A stretch of 64,000 nt of DNA from Magnetospirillum sp. 15-1 (lineage in GTDB: Bacteria > Pseudomonadota > Alphaproteobacteria > Rhodospirillales > Magnetospirillaceae). The stretch spans positions 314,064-378,063 of the forward strand of contig NZ_FXXN01000026.1 in assembly GCF_900184795.1 (NCBI RefSeq), read 5' to 3'. A program made the position numbers and the translations under genes. Each line of letters begins with the position of its first letter. Position 1 is the stretch's first letter. Positions 55,337-64,000 of this stretch are shown here, one piece after another. Below the pieces are notes generated by a model. It did no database searches and had not been told where the DNA came from. It was given only the letters and a program-made list of their open reading frames with translations.

Positions 55337-57176
55337 TCACAGGATGGTGATCTCGCCGGTCGACCCGTTGACGCGGATCATCTGCCCGGTCTTGATGATC
55401 TTGGTGGCATGGCCGGTACCGACCACGGCGGGCATGCCGTACTCGCGGCAGACGATGGCGGCATGGCTCATCACCCCGCCCACATCGGTGACGCAAGCCC
55501 CGATCTTGGAGAATACCGGCGCCCAGGACGGCGAGGTGGTGGGAGACACCAGGATCTCACCGGCCTCGAGACGGCAGATGTCCTCGACCGTCCGGCAGAC
55601 GCGGGCCTTGCCCTCGACCGTGCCCGGACTGCCGGCGAAGCCCTTGAACGCCCGGATGTTGTCCGGATCGTCGCAATCCTGGATGTCGGACCACGACTTC
55701 AGGGATTCGTTGGTCACGCCCCACAAGACGATGGTGAAGGGTTCCTGGATCACTTCGGGGGCGGTGCCGACCGCCGGAGGCGGGCTCCACTCGCGGAACT
55801 TTTGCAGCACCTCCTTGCGCCACCCGATCTCCTTGGGCAGCGTGAAGGCGCCGCGCGGCTTCACTCCGGTAGCCCAGGCGGTGACCATGTCCCACAGGGC
55901 ATCCTTGATCTCGCCGCGCCGCAGGTACCAGATGTCCTCGACGTCCTCGATCATGCCGTGCTCGACCATGATCCGCGACACCTCGCGCACCTTGTTCCAG
56001 AACACCGAGTGGAACCAGTGCTCGACGTAGAACAGATGATTCTCCACATAGGGAAATACCGTCTTGGCGGTATTGAGCAGCTGGTCGAAGGCGGCGCGGT
56101 CCTGCTCGTTGGCGATCAGCGCACGGTATTCGGCGGTGATGGAGTCGCGTTCCTTGCGAATGGCCTCCAGGGGCCGGTCAAGGCTCTCGCCTCGGCGCAG
56201 CTTTTCGGCATACATGCAGATGGAGGACAGCGGGACATCCGGTTCGTCGTTCCACGAGCGGTCGTGGTGGTACCAGCCGGTCCCGGTCGAGATGTTGAAC
56301 CAGGGATAGCGGGCCTCCTCGAAGGCGGCCAGCCACTTGCGGCCGTTCTCGCTGCCCTTCATCACTCCCTGGACGTCGGCGAGGCGCGGATTGCCGCTCA
56401 GCGAAGCATCGACCCCGAGGGAAGCCGCCAGGCGGGCCAGCTTCTTCAGTTCCTCGTCCGGCCGGTACATGATGACGTCGATGCCCGAGACCATCTGGGT
56501 GACGCGCTGTGCCTGGATGTCGGGAAAGATCTTCTGGCAGAAGTCGAGGAAGGTGACATAGGCGGCGTAGCCCAGATTCAGGAACTCGAAATGGTACTGC
56601 CAGCAGCGGATACCCAGGTCGATCAGCTGATCGTAAGCCCTGAGCAGATGGTAGCCGCTGGATTCCCCCAGCCCGTCCGTGACGAAGGAGATGTCCTCCA
56701 GTTCGGGCAGCGTCGGAATCTTCAGTTTTTCCAGGCTGTCGATGGTGGAGCGCATCTTGGCCTCCCAGTTGGCCTCGAGCTCCGTCCAGTTGGAGTAGTA
56801 GTAGCCGGCCCGCTCCATGAAGTGGGCGACGCGCGCCTCGACCACCTTCGGGTCCTTCACCGGCACCGGCGAGATGTAGGGGTAGCCGTTGATGATCCGG
56901 TGATCCACGCCGAACACCGGCGGAACCGAGAACACCCGCGTATTGTTCTGCGACAGGGCGAGATACCACGCCTCGTCCCAGATGGTGTCGAAGGGACACA
57001 GCGGCTCGGGATAATGAAGCCCGTCGTAGAACCAGAAGGCGTCGGCTTCGTACGTCCGCCGCTCCTCGTCGTCGGTCACGAACTGGTACTGATAGGGATA
57101 CATCCGTTCCCAGCCCTCGGTGCCGGGAATCGTCTCCAGATCATGGGGGCAGGGAAAGCTGCTCTTGTTGCCCATC
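55337..57176 (-). CDS. ppsA: Phenylphosphate synthase subunit A (PEP synthase-like, phospho-histidine mobile domain)
   Basis: Start MGNKSSFPCPH (ATG complement 57176). C-terminal PEP-utilising mobile domain with catalytic His (GGVMSHAAIVCREYGMPAVVG). Confidence 0.85.
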
Positions 57177-57503
57177 GTTGCCTCCTTGGGGTGAAGCCTG
57201 TCGGTTTTTATTGTTTCGCGGCCACCTCGATCAGAGGCGGCCGCAATCCACCAGAAATTCGAAGATGGCAGCATCCATATGCATGGGGTACTCGGAATGC
57301 CGCCAATGAAGGCGGCGAACTTCCGGCGTATCATCATGTATATTTGCGCACTCCCCATCTTCGGTTATATTGTTATTGTTTATCATGTGGCTAATGATAC
57401 TAAGAACATTGCCAATCTTTCCAAAACTTACTGCCATGTCTTCTATCCATAGTTGCCGCTTACCGAGATCGGGTGGTGCGACATTTTTGCTGGAAGGCTT
57501 AAT

Positions 57504-57520
57504 AGCAAGGTGCATGCCAG
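57504..57520 (-). promoter_or_regulatory. Candidate sigma54 (-24/-12) promoter for the pps-ppc operon. Minus-strand reading: TGGCAT-gcacc-TTGCT.
   Basis: Reverse complement of AGCAAGGTGCATGCCAG. The GG and GC dinucleotides are at consensus spacing (TGGCAC-N5-TTGCW). Located about 330 nt upstream of ppsA, inside an AT-rich region next to two sigma54 activator genes. Confidence 0.4.
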
Positions 57521-57772
57521 CCCAGGCCGATCTGTGAAGGGCGGGATATCGCCAAGTACAGAAAAGGATAAATAATCAGCAAATATCGATAGCTAGGGAG
57601 GGCATTTGATTTAGATGAATTAAAAATCACATTATCTCCGAAGCTGTCGCGCGAAAGGCCGGAGCGTCGGTGGATGATGATTTTCACCAGGAAAAGCCCT
57701 GCTGGCTTAAAATGATCAATCCGGATAACCGGCCCGAACAAGAAGCGGCCGGAGTCGGAGGGGGAGGTCACG

Positions 57773-59542
57773 ATGGAATCTCTGCGACATCCGGCGGCCA
57801 GGCACGCTGGGGCGATCTACAAGTACACCTGGGAGCCGGGAGCCAAGGTGATGGTCCCAACCAGCGCCGAGCACCACGGCGACGGCCCGGAAATCAGCGA
57901 CCTGGTGAGCTGCCTGCGCTTCGCTCCGGGCGACGGCAGGATCTGGTTCGACAGCGAACGCATGAACCTGATTCACGTCACCACCCTGGGCGCGATGCGC
58001 GACACGCTGATCGACAAGGTGGGCGAGGACACGGCGCGCGGCCTGATCACCCGCATGGGCTATGCCAGCGGCGTCAGGGATGCGGCCCTGGCGCGCAAGG
58101 TCCGCCAGAACGGTTCGTTCCGCGACGCCTTTCTGGTCGGCCCGCAGTTGCACACCTTGCATGGCATGGTGGCGGTCCAGCCGGTGCACCTGGAATGGAA
58201 CACCGAGGAAAGCAGCTTCTATGGTGAGTGGATTTGGTCCTGGAGTTGCGATGCCGAGCACCACCTGGCCCATTTCGGCGTGTCGGACCGGCCGACCTGC
58301 TGGCTCCAGCTGGGCTACGCCACCGGCTTCACCAGTGCCTTCACCGGATGCCGCGTCATCTACCGCGAGGTCCAGTGCCGGGCCATGGGGCATCCGCATT
58401 GCCGCATCGTCGGCCGACAGCTCGAGGCGTGGGACCCGGAGGAAATCGCCGCCGAATTACGGGCGCTGCAGCCGGAGACCTTCGCCAACCGGCCGGGCAC
58501 CCGTTCGGCCATTCCGGTGGGCATGGCCATCGACGATCCCCTGGTCGACGTGGTGGGAGCCTCGCAAAGCTTCGTCTCGACCTGCCATATGCTCCAGAAG
58601 GTGGCCCGGACATCGGCGACGGTGCTGTTCCTGGGCGAGACCGGCGTCGGCAAGAGCCTGTTCGCCCGAACGCTGCATCAGATCAGCAACCGCGCCGACA
58701 AGCCGTTCGTCGCCGTCAACTGCGCCGCCATTCCCGAAGGCCTGGTCGAGGCGGAACTGTTCGGTGTGGAAAAGGGCGCCTATACCGATGCCGGCCAGTC
58801 GCGGCCGGGCCGGTTCGAACGCGCCAACCACGGGACCCTGTTCCTCGACGAGGTGGGGACGCTGTCACCCACCGCCCAGGCCAAGCTGCTCCGGGTATTG
58901 CAGGAACGCGAACTCGAACGGGTGGGCGGCACCGCCACGGTGAAGATCGACGTGCGCATCGTCGCCGCCACCAACGAGGATCTTTTGCAAGCGGTCAAGG
59001 ACGGGCGGTTTCGCGAGGACCTGCTCTACCGGCTGAATATTTTCCCCGTCTACCTGATGCCGTTGCGTGACCGCCGCGAGGACATCCCCCTGCTGATGGA
59101 CCATCTGGCCCGCCAGTTCTGCCGGGTCCACGGCAAGCACGTCAGTGGCTTCACCAACGCGGCCATCGACGCGCTGCACCAGTACGACTATCCCGGCAAT
59201 ATCCGGGAACTGGAGAATCTGATCGAGCGGGCGGTGATTCTGGTCGACGACGGCTTGCCCATCGATATCGACCACCTTTTCGTCGGCGAAGACCATCTGG
59301 CGTCGGTGCTGCTCAAGATCGACGCCATGGGAGCGCTGCATTCCGGAACCGGCGGGGCCCGCGCCGACACCCTGATCGAGAATCTGCTGCGCATCCCCTA
59401 TGACGATCTGGAGGAGGGATTGATCACCGAGGCCATGCGCCGCGCCGCGGGCAACGCCTCCCAGGCCGCCCGGCTCCTGGGCCTCAAGCGGTCGCAGGTC
59501 ACCTATCGGCTGAAACAGATGGGCCGGGGGGAAACGCCATGA
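57773..59542 (+). CDS. Sigma54-dependent transcriptional activator of the XylR/DmpR (NtrC-type) family with N-terminal aromatic-effector sensing domain (XylR_N/V4R)
   Basis: 589 aa with an A domain, an AAA+ sigma54-interaction domain ([45 protein letters not shown]-like) and a C-terminal HTH. GGAGG RBS upstream. Confidence 0.85.
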   Translation: MESLRHPAARHAGAIYKYTWEPGAKVMVPTSAEHHGDGPEISDLVSCLRFAPGDGRIWFDSERMNLIHVTTLGAMRDTLIDKVGEDTARGLITRMGYASGVRDAALARKVRQNGSFRDAFLVGPQLHTLHGMVAVQPVHLEWNTEESSFYGEWIWSWSCDAEHHLAHFGVSDRPTCWLQLGYATGFTSAFTGCRVIYREVQCRAMGHPHCRIVGRQLEAWDPEEIAAELRALQPETFANRPGTRSAIPVGMAIDDPLVDVVGASQSFVSTCHMLQKVARTSATVLFLGETGVGKSLFARTLHQISNRADKPFVAVNCAAIPEGLVEAELFGVEKGAYTDAGQSRPGRFERANHGTLFLDEVGTLSPTAQAKLLRVLQERELERVGGTATVKIDVRIVAATNEDLLQAVKDGRFREDLLYRLNIFPVYLMPLRDRREDIPLLMDHLARQFCRVHGKHVSGFTNAAIDALHQYDYPGNIRELENLIERAVILVDDGLPIDIDHLFVGEDHLASVLLKIDAMGALHSGTGGARADTLIENLLRIPYDDLEEGLITEAMRRAAGNASQAARLLGLKRSQVTYRLKQMGRGETP

Positions 59543-61272
59543 TCAAGCCATCCTCGGAGGGCGCCCGCCCTCTCCACGGACAGCGCAGCGAAACCACGGC
59601 CGAGCTGGACGCGCTGATCGAGTGCCTGCGCTTCTCGCCGGGAGAGGGACGGATATGGTTCGACAACCAGCCGGTCGCCCTGATCCGCACGTCGGCCCTG
59701 TCATCCCTCCACCACGAGCTGGTCGACATCCTCGGTCAGCGCGAGGCCGGCTATTTCCTGGCCCAGTTGGGCTTCGCCTCGGGCTCGCGGGACGCGCAGC
59801 TGGCCCGCAAGCTGGACGCCGGGAACGATCTGCCCTCCCTAATCGAGATCGGCCACCGGCTGCGGGCCATCCGCGGCATCGTCTCCATGCGGCCGGTACG
59901 GCAGGAGGCCGATCTGGCCGCCGGCCATTTCTATGCCGAGGCCGTCTTCTCCGGCGACTTCGAGGCGGACACCCGCTTGGCCAACGACGGAATTTCCCAT
60001 AGCCCGGTATGCTGGATGCAGGTGGGTTTCGCCTCGGGCTTCGCCAGCACCCTGCTGGGCCGTCCGGTCATCTACAAGGAGGTGGAGTGCCGGGCCTCGG
60101 GCAGCCGCCATTGCCGGATCATGGGCAAGCTGCTGGAGGAGTGGCACGCCGACGAAATCGAGGCCGAGCTGCACTGTATTCCCAAGGACATCCTGGAAGG
60201 GCGCCGCCCGGCGCCGGCCCGCCCGCGGCGCAGCCCCCCACCCCGCCCGTCCCAGCCCGCCGGAGAGGAGATCGGCCCCGGACTGGTCGGCACCTCGCCG
60301 GCTCTGATTTCCACATGGCGGCGGATTCAAAAGGTGGCCGAAACCTCGGCCACCGTCCTGCTGCTGGGCGAGACCGGTGTCGGCAAGGGTGTCTTCGCGC
60401 ATGCCCTGCACCAGACCAGCCGTCGCAGGGATAAGCCCTTCATCGCCATGAACTGCGCCGCCATCCCGGAAAACCTGATCGAAGCGGAACTGTTCGGCGT
60501 GGAGAAGGGCGCCTTCACCGGCGCCACCCAGTCGCGGCCCGGCCGGTTCGAGCGGGCCGACGGGGGAACCCTGTTTCTCGACGAGGTCGGCTGCCTGTCG
60601 CTGCCGGCCCAGTTGAAACTGCTGCGGGCCATCCAGGAAAAGGAGATCGAGCGGGTGGGCGACACCATGTCCCGCCGGGTCGACGTCCGCATCGTCGCCG
60701 CCACCAACGAGAAGCTGGAAGTCGCGACGGCGCAGGGGCGTTTCCGGGAGGACCTGCTGTTCCGTCTCAACGTGTTTCCCGTCCACATCACGCCCCTGCG
60801 GGAACGCCGCGAGGACATCCCGCCGCTGCTCGATCATTTCCTCGCCCGCTACAACCAGCGCCACGGGCGCCATGTCGCCGGCTTCAGCGACGCGGCCCTG
60901 ACGGCCTTCTGCCGCTACGACTATCCGGGAAACATCCGCGAGCTGGAGAATCTGGTCGAGCGGGCGGTCATTCTGGGCGAGGACCATCAGCCCATCGACA
61001 TCATGCATCTGGTTGGGGTCGAGGGATTGATCAGCGCATTGATCGGGCCGGCCCCCGAGGAGGAAGCCCCGCCGGAGGCACCGGGTTCGGCCTGCGCCAC
61101 CCTGCTCGACGAGATGCTGGCGCGCGGCCTGCCATTGAAGGAGGTGGAGCGGCGGCTGATCATGCTGGCGCTCCGGCGGGCCGACGGCAACATCTCGCAG
61201 GCGGCAAGGCTGCTCGGCATGACCCGGCCGCAATTCGCCTATCGCCTGGATAAGTTGCAGTCCGAGGAGTGA
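59539..61272 (+). CDS. Second sigma54-dependent XylR/DmpR-type activator, tandem paralog of the preceding gene
   Basis: 577 aa with the same domain architecture (LIECLRFSPGEGRIWFDNQPVALIRTS...GETGVGKGVFAHALH). Start ATG overlaps the stop of the upstream paralog (ATGA). Confidence 0.85.
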   Translation: MIKPSSEGARPLHGQRSETTAELDALIECLRFSPGEGRIWFDNQPVALIRTSALSSLHHELVDILGQREAGYFLAQLGFASGSRDAQLARKLDAGNDLPSLIEIGHRLRAIRGIVSMRPVRQEADLAAGHFYAEAVFSGDFEADTRLANDGISHSPVCWMQVGFASGFASTLLGRPVIYKEVECRASGSRHCRIMGKLLEEWHADEIEAELHCIPKDILEGRRPAPARPRRSPPPRPSQPAGEEIGPGLVGTSPALISTWRRIQKVAETSATVLLLGETGVGKGVFAHALHQTSRRRDKPFIAMNCAAIPENLIEAELFGVEKGAFTGATQSRPGRFERADGGTLFLDEVGCLSLPAQLKLLRAIQEKEIERVGDTMSRRVDVRIVAATNEKLEVATAQGRFREDLLFRLNVFPVHITPLRERREDIPPLLDHFLARYNQRHGRHVAGFSDAALTAFCRYDYPGNIRELENLVERAVILGEDHQPIDIMHLVGVEGLISALIGPAPEEEAPPEAPGSACATLLDEMLARGLPLKEVERRLIMLALRRADGNISQAARLLGMTRPQFAYRLDKLQSEE

Positions 61273-61305
61273 TTGCGGATTTTCGCCGATCGCTAACCGG
61301 CGAGT

Positions 61306-61327
61306 GGCGAATTTGATCAAGATCGCC
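61306..61327 (+). promoter_or_regulatory. 22-bp palindrome GGCGAatTTGATCAAgaTCGCC (TTGATCAA core), a candidate enhancer-binding-protein UAS
   Basis: Read from the sequence. The XylR/DmpR UAS half-site consensus resembles TTGATCAA. Lies about 100 bp upstream of a candidate sigma54 promoter. Confidence 0.35.
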
Positions 61328-61359
61328 CGCCGGCTCATATGGCCGACGGGCGTCTTTTT
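61324..61359 (+). terminator. Rho-independent terminator after the second sigma54 activator gene (stem CGCCCGCCGGC/GCCGaCGGGCG, loop TCATATG, TCTTTTT)
   Basis: Read from the sequence. Lies 52 nt downstream of the stop at 61272. Confidence 0.45.
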
Positions 61360-61406
61360 CCCCATTTTCGGCGAATTCCTGGCGGTTTCTCCCGCGACGG
61401 GGCGTT

Positions 61407-61421
61407 TGGCCCGGCTCTTGC
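61407..61421 (+). promoter_or_regulatory. Candidate sigma54 promoter TGGCCC-ggctc-TTGCG upstream of ubiX
   Basis: GG-N10-GC spacing matches TGGCAC-N5-TTGCW. Lies 55 nt upstream of the ubiX ATG. Confidence 0.4.
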
Positions 61422-61475
61422 GGAAGGGTTCAGGCGCGACTTGCGCCAATCGACCAAAACGGGGAGGAGACCGCC

Positions 61476-62078
61476 ATGACCCATCCAATCGTCGTCGCCA
61501 TCACCGGCGCCACCGGCGTGATCTACGGCGTGGAATTGCTGAGGGCGCTGCATGCCCTGGGCGAGCCCGTCCACCTGATCCTCAGTGAATCCGCGGTGCG
61601 CAATCTGCACATCGAGACGACCTACAGCGTCGAGGAAGTCGAGGCCATGGCCGAGGTGGTCTACAACAACAAGGATATCGGCGCTTCGGTATCCAGCGGG
61701 TCGTTCAAGACACGGGGCATGGTGGTCGCCCCCTGCACCATCAAGACGCTGTCGGCCATCGCCAACTCGTTCAACGACAAGCTGGTGGTCCGCGCCGCCG
61801 ACGTGACGCTGAAGGAGCGGCGGCCCCTGGTGCTGATGGTTCGCGAGACGCCGCTGCATCGCGGCCATCTCGACCTGATGATGCGGGCCGCCGACAACGG
61901 GGCGACTCTGCTGCCCCCCATGCCCTCCTTCTACAACGGGCCGAAGACCATCATGGACATCGTGCATCAGAGCGTCGGCAAGGCGCTCGATCAGCTCGGC
62001 ATCGACCACGACCTGTTCCGGCGCTGGACCAGCGAGGTGTCCAAGGACCTCGCCATCCGGCTGGCCCGCACCGCCTGA
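61476..62078 (+). CDS. ubiX: Flavin prenyltransferase UbiX (prFMN synthase)
   Basis: 200 aa with UbiX/Pad1 family motifs (VVAITGATG, MVVAPCTIKTLSAIANSFNDKLVVRAADVTLKERRPLVLMVRETPLH). Confidence 0.9.
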   Translation: MTHPIVVAITGATGVIYGVELLRALHALGEPVHLILSESAVRNLHIETTYSVEEVEAMAEVVYNNKDIGASVSSGSFKTRGMVVAPCTIKTLSAIANSFNDKLVVRAADVTLKERRPLVLMVRETPLHRGHLDLMMRAADNGATLLPPMPSFYNGPKTIMDIVHQSVGKALDQLGIDHDLFRRWTSEVSKDLAIRLARTA

Positions 62079-62094
62079 CGCGCCGGCCACGCCC

Positions 62095-62946
62095 ATGCCC
62101 CCCCTCCCCCTCGGCGTTCCCGCCGCCCCCCTTCCCGCCGCAGACGTCCAGGGATTCCACGACCCCCGCGACATCCCGATCCAGGACGTCGGCGTGCGGG
62201 GAGTCCGCGTTCCCGCCTCGGTCGCCGGCCGCGACGGCCTGCGCCACCACAGCGTCGCCCTGCTCGACATGTTCGTCTCCCTCGAAGGCCACAAGAAGGG
62301 AGCGCATATGTCCCGCTTCCTGGAACTGGCCGGCCGGGGAATCGAAATCGGGCCGGGCAGCGTCCGCCATCTGGCAGAGACCATGCTCGACCGTCTTGAG
62401 GCACGGGCTGGCAGCATCGAGCTGCGTCTGCCGGTATTTCTCTCCCGACCGGCCCCGGTCACCGGAGCCATCGCCCTGCTCGACTGTGATCTGCGCCTAT
62501 GGTCGCGCATCTCGGACGGGGGGAGCGAAACGGGCCTGGCGGTGGTGGTGCCGGTCACCAGCCTTTGCCCGTGCTCGAAGGCCATCTCGCGCCATGGCGC
62601 CCACAGCCAGCGCTCGCACGTCACCGTCGAGGTCGAAGGGCGGGACGGTCTTCCTCCGTTCGAGGACATCGTCGAACTGGTCGAGGCACAGGCCTCGTGC
62701 GCCATCTTTCCACTGCTCAAGCGGGCCGACGAGAAGTTCGTGACGGAACGCGCCTACGAGAACCCGAAATTCGTCGAGGACATGGTTCGCGACGTGGCCG
62801 TGGCGCTGGAGGCCGACCCGCGGATAGGGTCGTTCGCCGTCTCGTGCGAGAACTTCGAATCCATCCATACCCATTCGGCCTTCGCCCGCATCGAGCGCCG
62901 GGATGATATCAGCAAATTCATCCATTCGCCGGCCTATCCCCGCTGA
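62095..62946 (+). CDS. folE2: GTP cyclohydrolase I type 2 (FolE2/MptA family)
   Basis: 283 aa with the FolE2 signature (NFESIHTHSAFA, LCPCSKAIS). Cys-rich metal-site context. Confidence 0.7.
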   Translation: MPPLPLGVPAAPLPAADVQGFHDPRDIPIQDVGVRGVRVPASVAGRDGLRHHSVALLDMFVSLEGHKKGAHMSRFLELAGRGIEIGPGSVRHLAETMLDRLEARAGSIELRLPVFLSRPAPVTGAIALLDCDLRLWSRISDGGSETGLAVVVPVTSLCPCSKAISRHGAHSQRSHVTVEVEGRDGLPPFEDIVELVEAQASCAIFPLLKRADEKFVTERAYENPKFVEDMVRDVAVALEADPRIGSFAVSCENFESIHTHSAFARIERRDDISKFIHSPAYPR

Positions 62947-63097
62947 TTCGCTGAAATTGGACAAGCCCCGTGCCGGCCCCGGCGCTCCGCCGGACCGGAA
63001 ATCCGCCGGAGTGCCGGTTGGCATGCCTCTTGCCTTTGAGCCGGCCGGAGGGATGCCGGTCACGGCACTCATAACAATAATCGAGGCGAGGTTTCAC

Positions 63098-63982
63098 ATG
63101 AGGAAATATCTGATCGCGGCCGCGGCCGGCCTGGGACTGGCCGCGCAGGCGGCCCATGCCACCGAGGGCGGCGCCAGCCAGTACCCCAACGGCGCCGAGG
63201 GCTTCATGGTCGGGGCCGCTCCGCCGCCCGGCGTCTACTTCATCAACTACACCACCTGGTATTCGGCCGACCGGGTCAACGACTCGCGCGGCAACAAGCT
63301 GCCGGTCAAGGTCAAGGTCGACGCGGTGGCCGACGTGCCCAGGCTGCTCTGGATGTCACCTCACCAGATCCTCGGCGCCAACTGGGGCATGCACGTCTTC
63401 CTGCCCCTGGTCCACCTGGACGCCACCCTGGGCGGATGGTCCAAGCGGGAGTTCGGGCTGGGCGACATGACCGTCAGCCCGGCGGTGCTTTCCTGGCACT
63501 GGAAGAATTTCCACATGGTCTCGGTCCTGGACTTCCACCTGCCCACCGGCAGCTACAACAAGAACGACCCGGTCAACATCGGCGTCAACTACCTCGGGAT
63601 CGAGCCGGTGCTGGCCGGGACCTATCTTTCGGACGACGGGTGGGAGGCCTCGGCCAAGCTGATGTACGCCATCAACACCCGGAATCAGGATACCGACTAT
63701 CTGTCGGGTCAGGCGTTCCACATGGACTACACCCTGGCCAAGCACATTGGCGACTGGGCGTTGGGCATCGGCGGCTACTACTACCACCAGACCACCGACG
63801 ACGAGCCGGGAGCCGGCGGGGGAGCCAACGGCAATCGTGGTCTGGCTTTCGCCATCGGCCCCCAGGTCAAGTACGACATCGCCGGCAAATACTCGGTGAT
63901 CGGCAAATGGCAGCATGAGGCCGTGGCCGAGAACCGGGCGCAGGGCGACAAATTCTGGGTCAAGGCGATCATCCCGTTCTGA
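63098..63982 (+). CDS. Outer-membrane beta-barrel protein of the 'meta-pathway phenol degradation' family (Phenol_MetA_deg-like putative aromatic uptake channel)
   Basis: Start MRKYLIAAAAGLGLAAQAAHA (signal peptide). C-terminal ...WVKAIIPF terminal Phe, typical of OM beta-barrels. Alternating amphipathic strands. Confidence 0.65.
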   Translation: MRKYLIAAAAGLGLAAQAAHATEGGASQYPNGAEGFMVGAAPPPGVYFINYTTWYSADRVNDSRGNKLPVKVKVDAVADVPRLLWMSPHQILGANWGMHVFLPLVHLDATLGGWSKREFGLGDMTVSPAVLSWHWKNFHMVSVLDFHLPTGSYNKNDPVNIGVNYLGIEPVLAGTYLSDDGWEASAKLMYAINTRNQDTDYLSGQAFHMDYTLAKHIGDWALGIGGYYYHQTTDDEPGAGGGANGNRGLAFAIGPQVKYDIAGKYSVIGKWQHEAVAENRAQGDKFWVKAIIPF

Positions 63983-64000
63983 TCCGGAAAAAAAGGGAGC

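Noticed and set aside
57231-57771. Two 90-94-aa minus-strand ORFs inside the AT-rich control region
   Set aside because: AT-rich intergenic DNA readily yields ORFs. They overlap the predicted sigma54 promoter/UAS elements, lack RBSs and lack any family resemblance.

Overview
High-GC (about 65-70%) proteobacterial chromosomal window, densely coding. The only strongly AT-rich stretches are two short intergenic islands at about 34.8 kb and 57.2-57.7 kb. Four functional blocks are visible. (1) nt 2 to about 25.2 kb: a trans-AT hybrid PKS/NRPS biosynthetic gene cluster. Its megasynthase is 5'-truncated by the window edge (visible domains KR-ACP-C-A-T-KS-ACP-C-T-A-C). Convergent on the minus strand lie an HMG-CoA-synthase beta-branching cassette (ECH, HCS, KS with Cys->Ser, ACP), a PksE-like AT-ER, an Sfp-type PPTase, an ABC exporter, a second discrete AT, an SPFH protein and an SbmA/YojI-like peptide ABC exporter. 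(2) 26.0-33.3 kb: three small secreted/lipoproteins followed by a czcCBA-type heavy-metal RND efflux operon. (3) 33.8-44.6 kb: a LysR regulator, an oxalate/formate-family MFS transporter, the NAD-dependent formate dehydrogenase operon fdsGBA-fdhD-fdsD, a shortened PNPOx-like gene and ribBA behind a terminator-type leader. (4) 44.6-64 kb: an anaerobic phenol catabolic island syntenic with the Thauera/Aromatoleum pps-ppc cluster. It is a 12.6 kb minus-strand operon (ppsABC, ppcB, ppcC, ppcA, ppcD, a third UbiD-like gene, an archaeal-type DUF120 riboflavin kinase, paaK, a PNPOx-family gene and a PAS-MCP), followed by two tandem XylR/DmpR-type sigma54 activators and ubiX, folE2 and a Phenol_MetA_deg-type outer-membrane channel. 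No rRNA, tRNA, CRISPR or IS elements were recognised. The most novel-looking content is the trans-AT PKS/NRPS cluster with a non-canonical terminal C-T-A-C arrangement, and a flavin/prFMN-supply theme (RibK-DUF120, UbiX, ribBA) embedded in the phenylphosphate carboxylase island.
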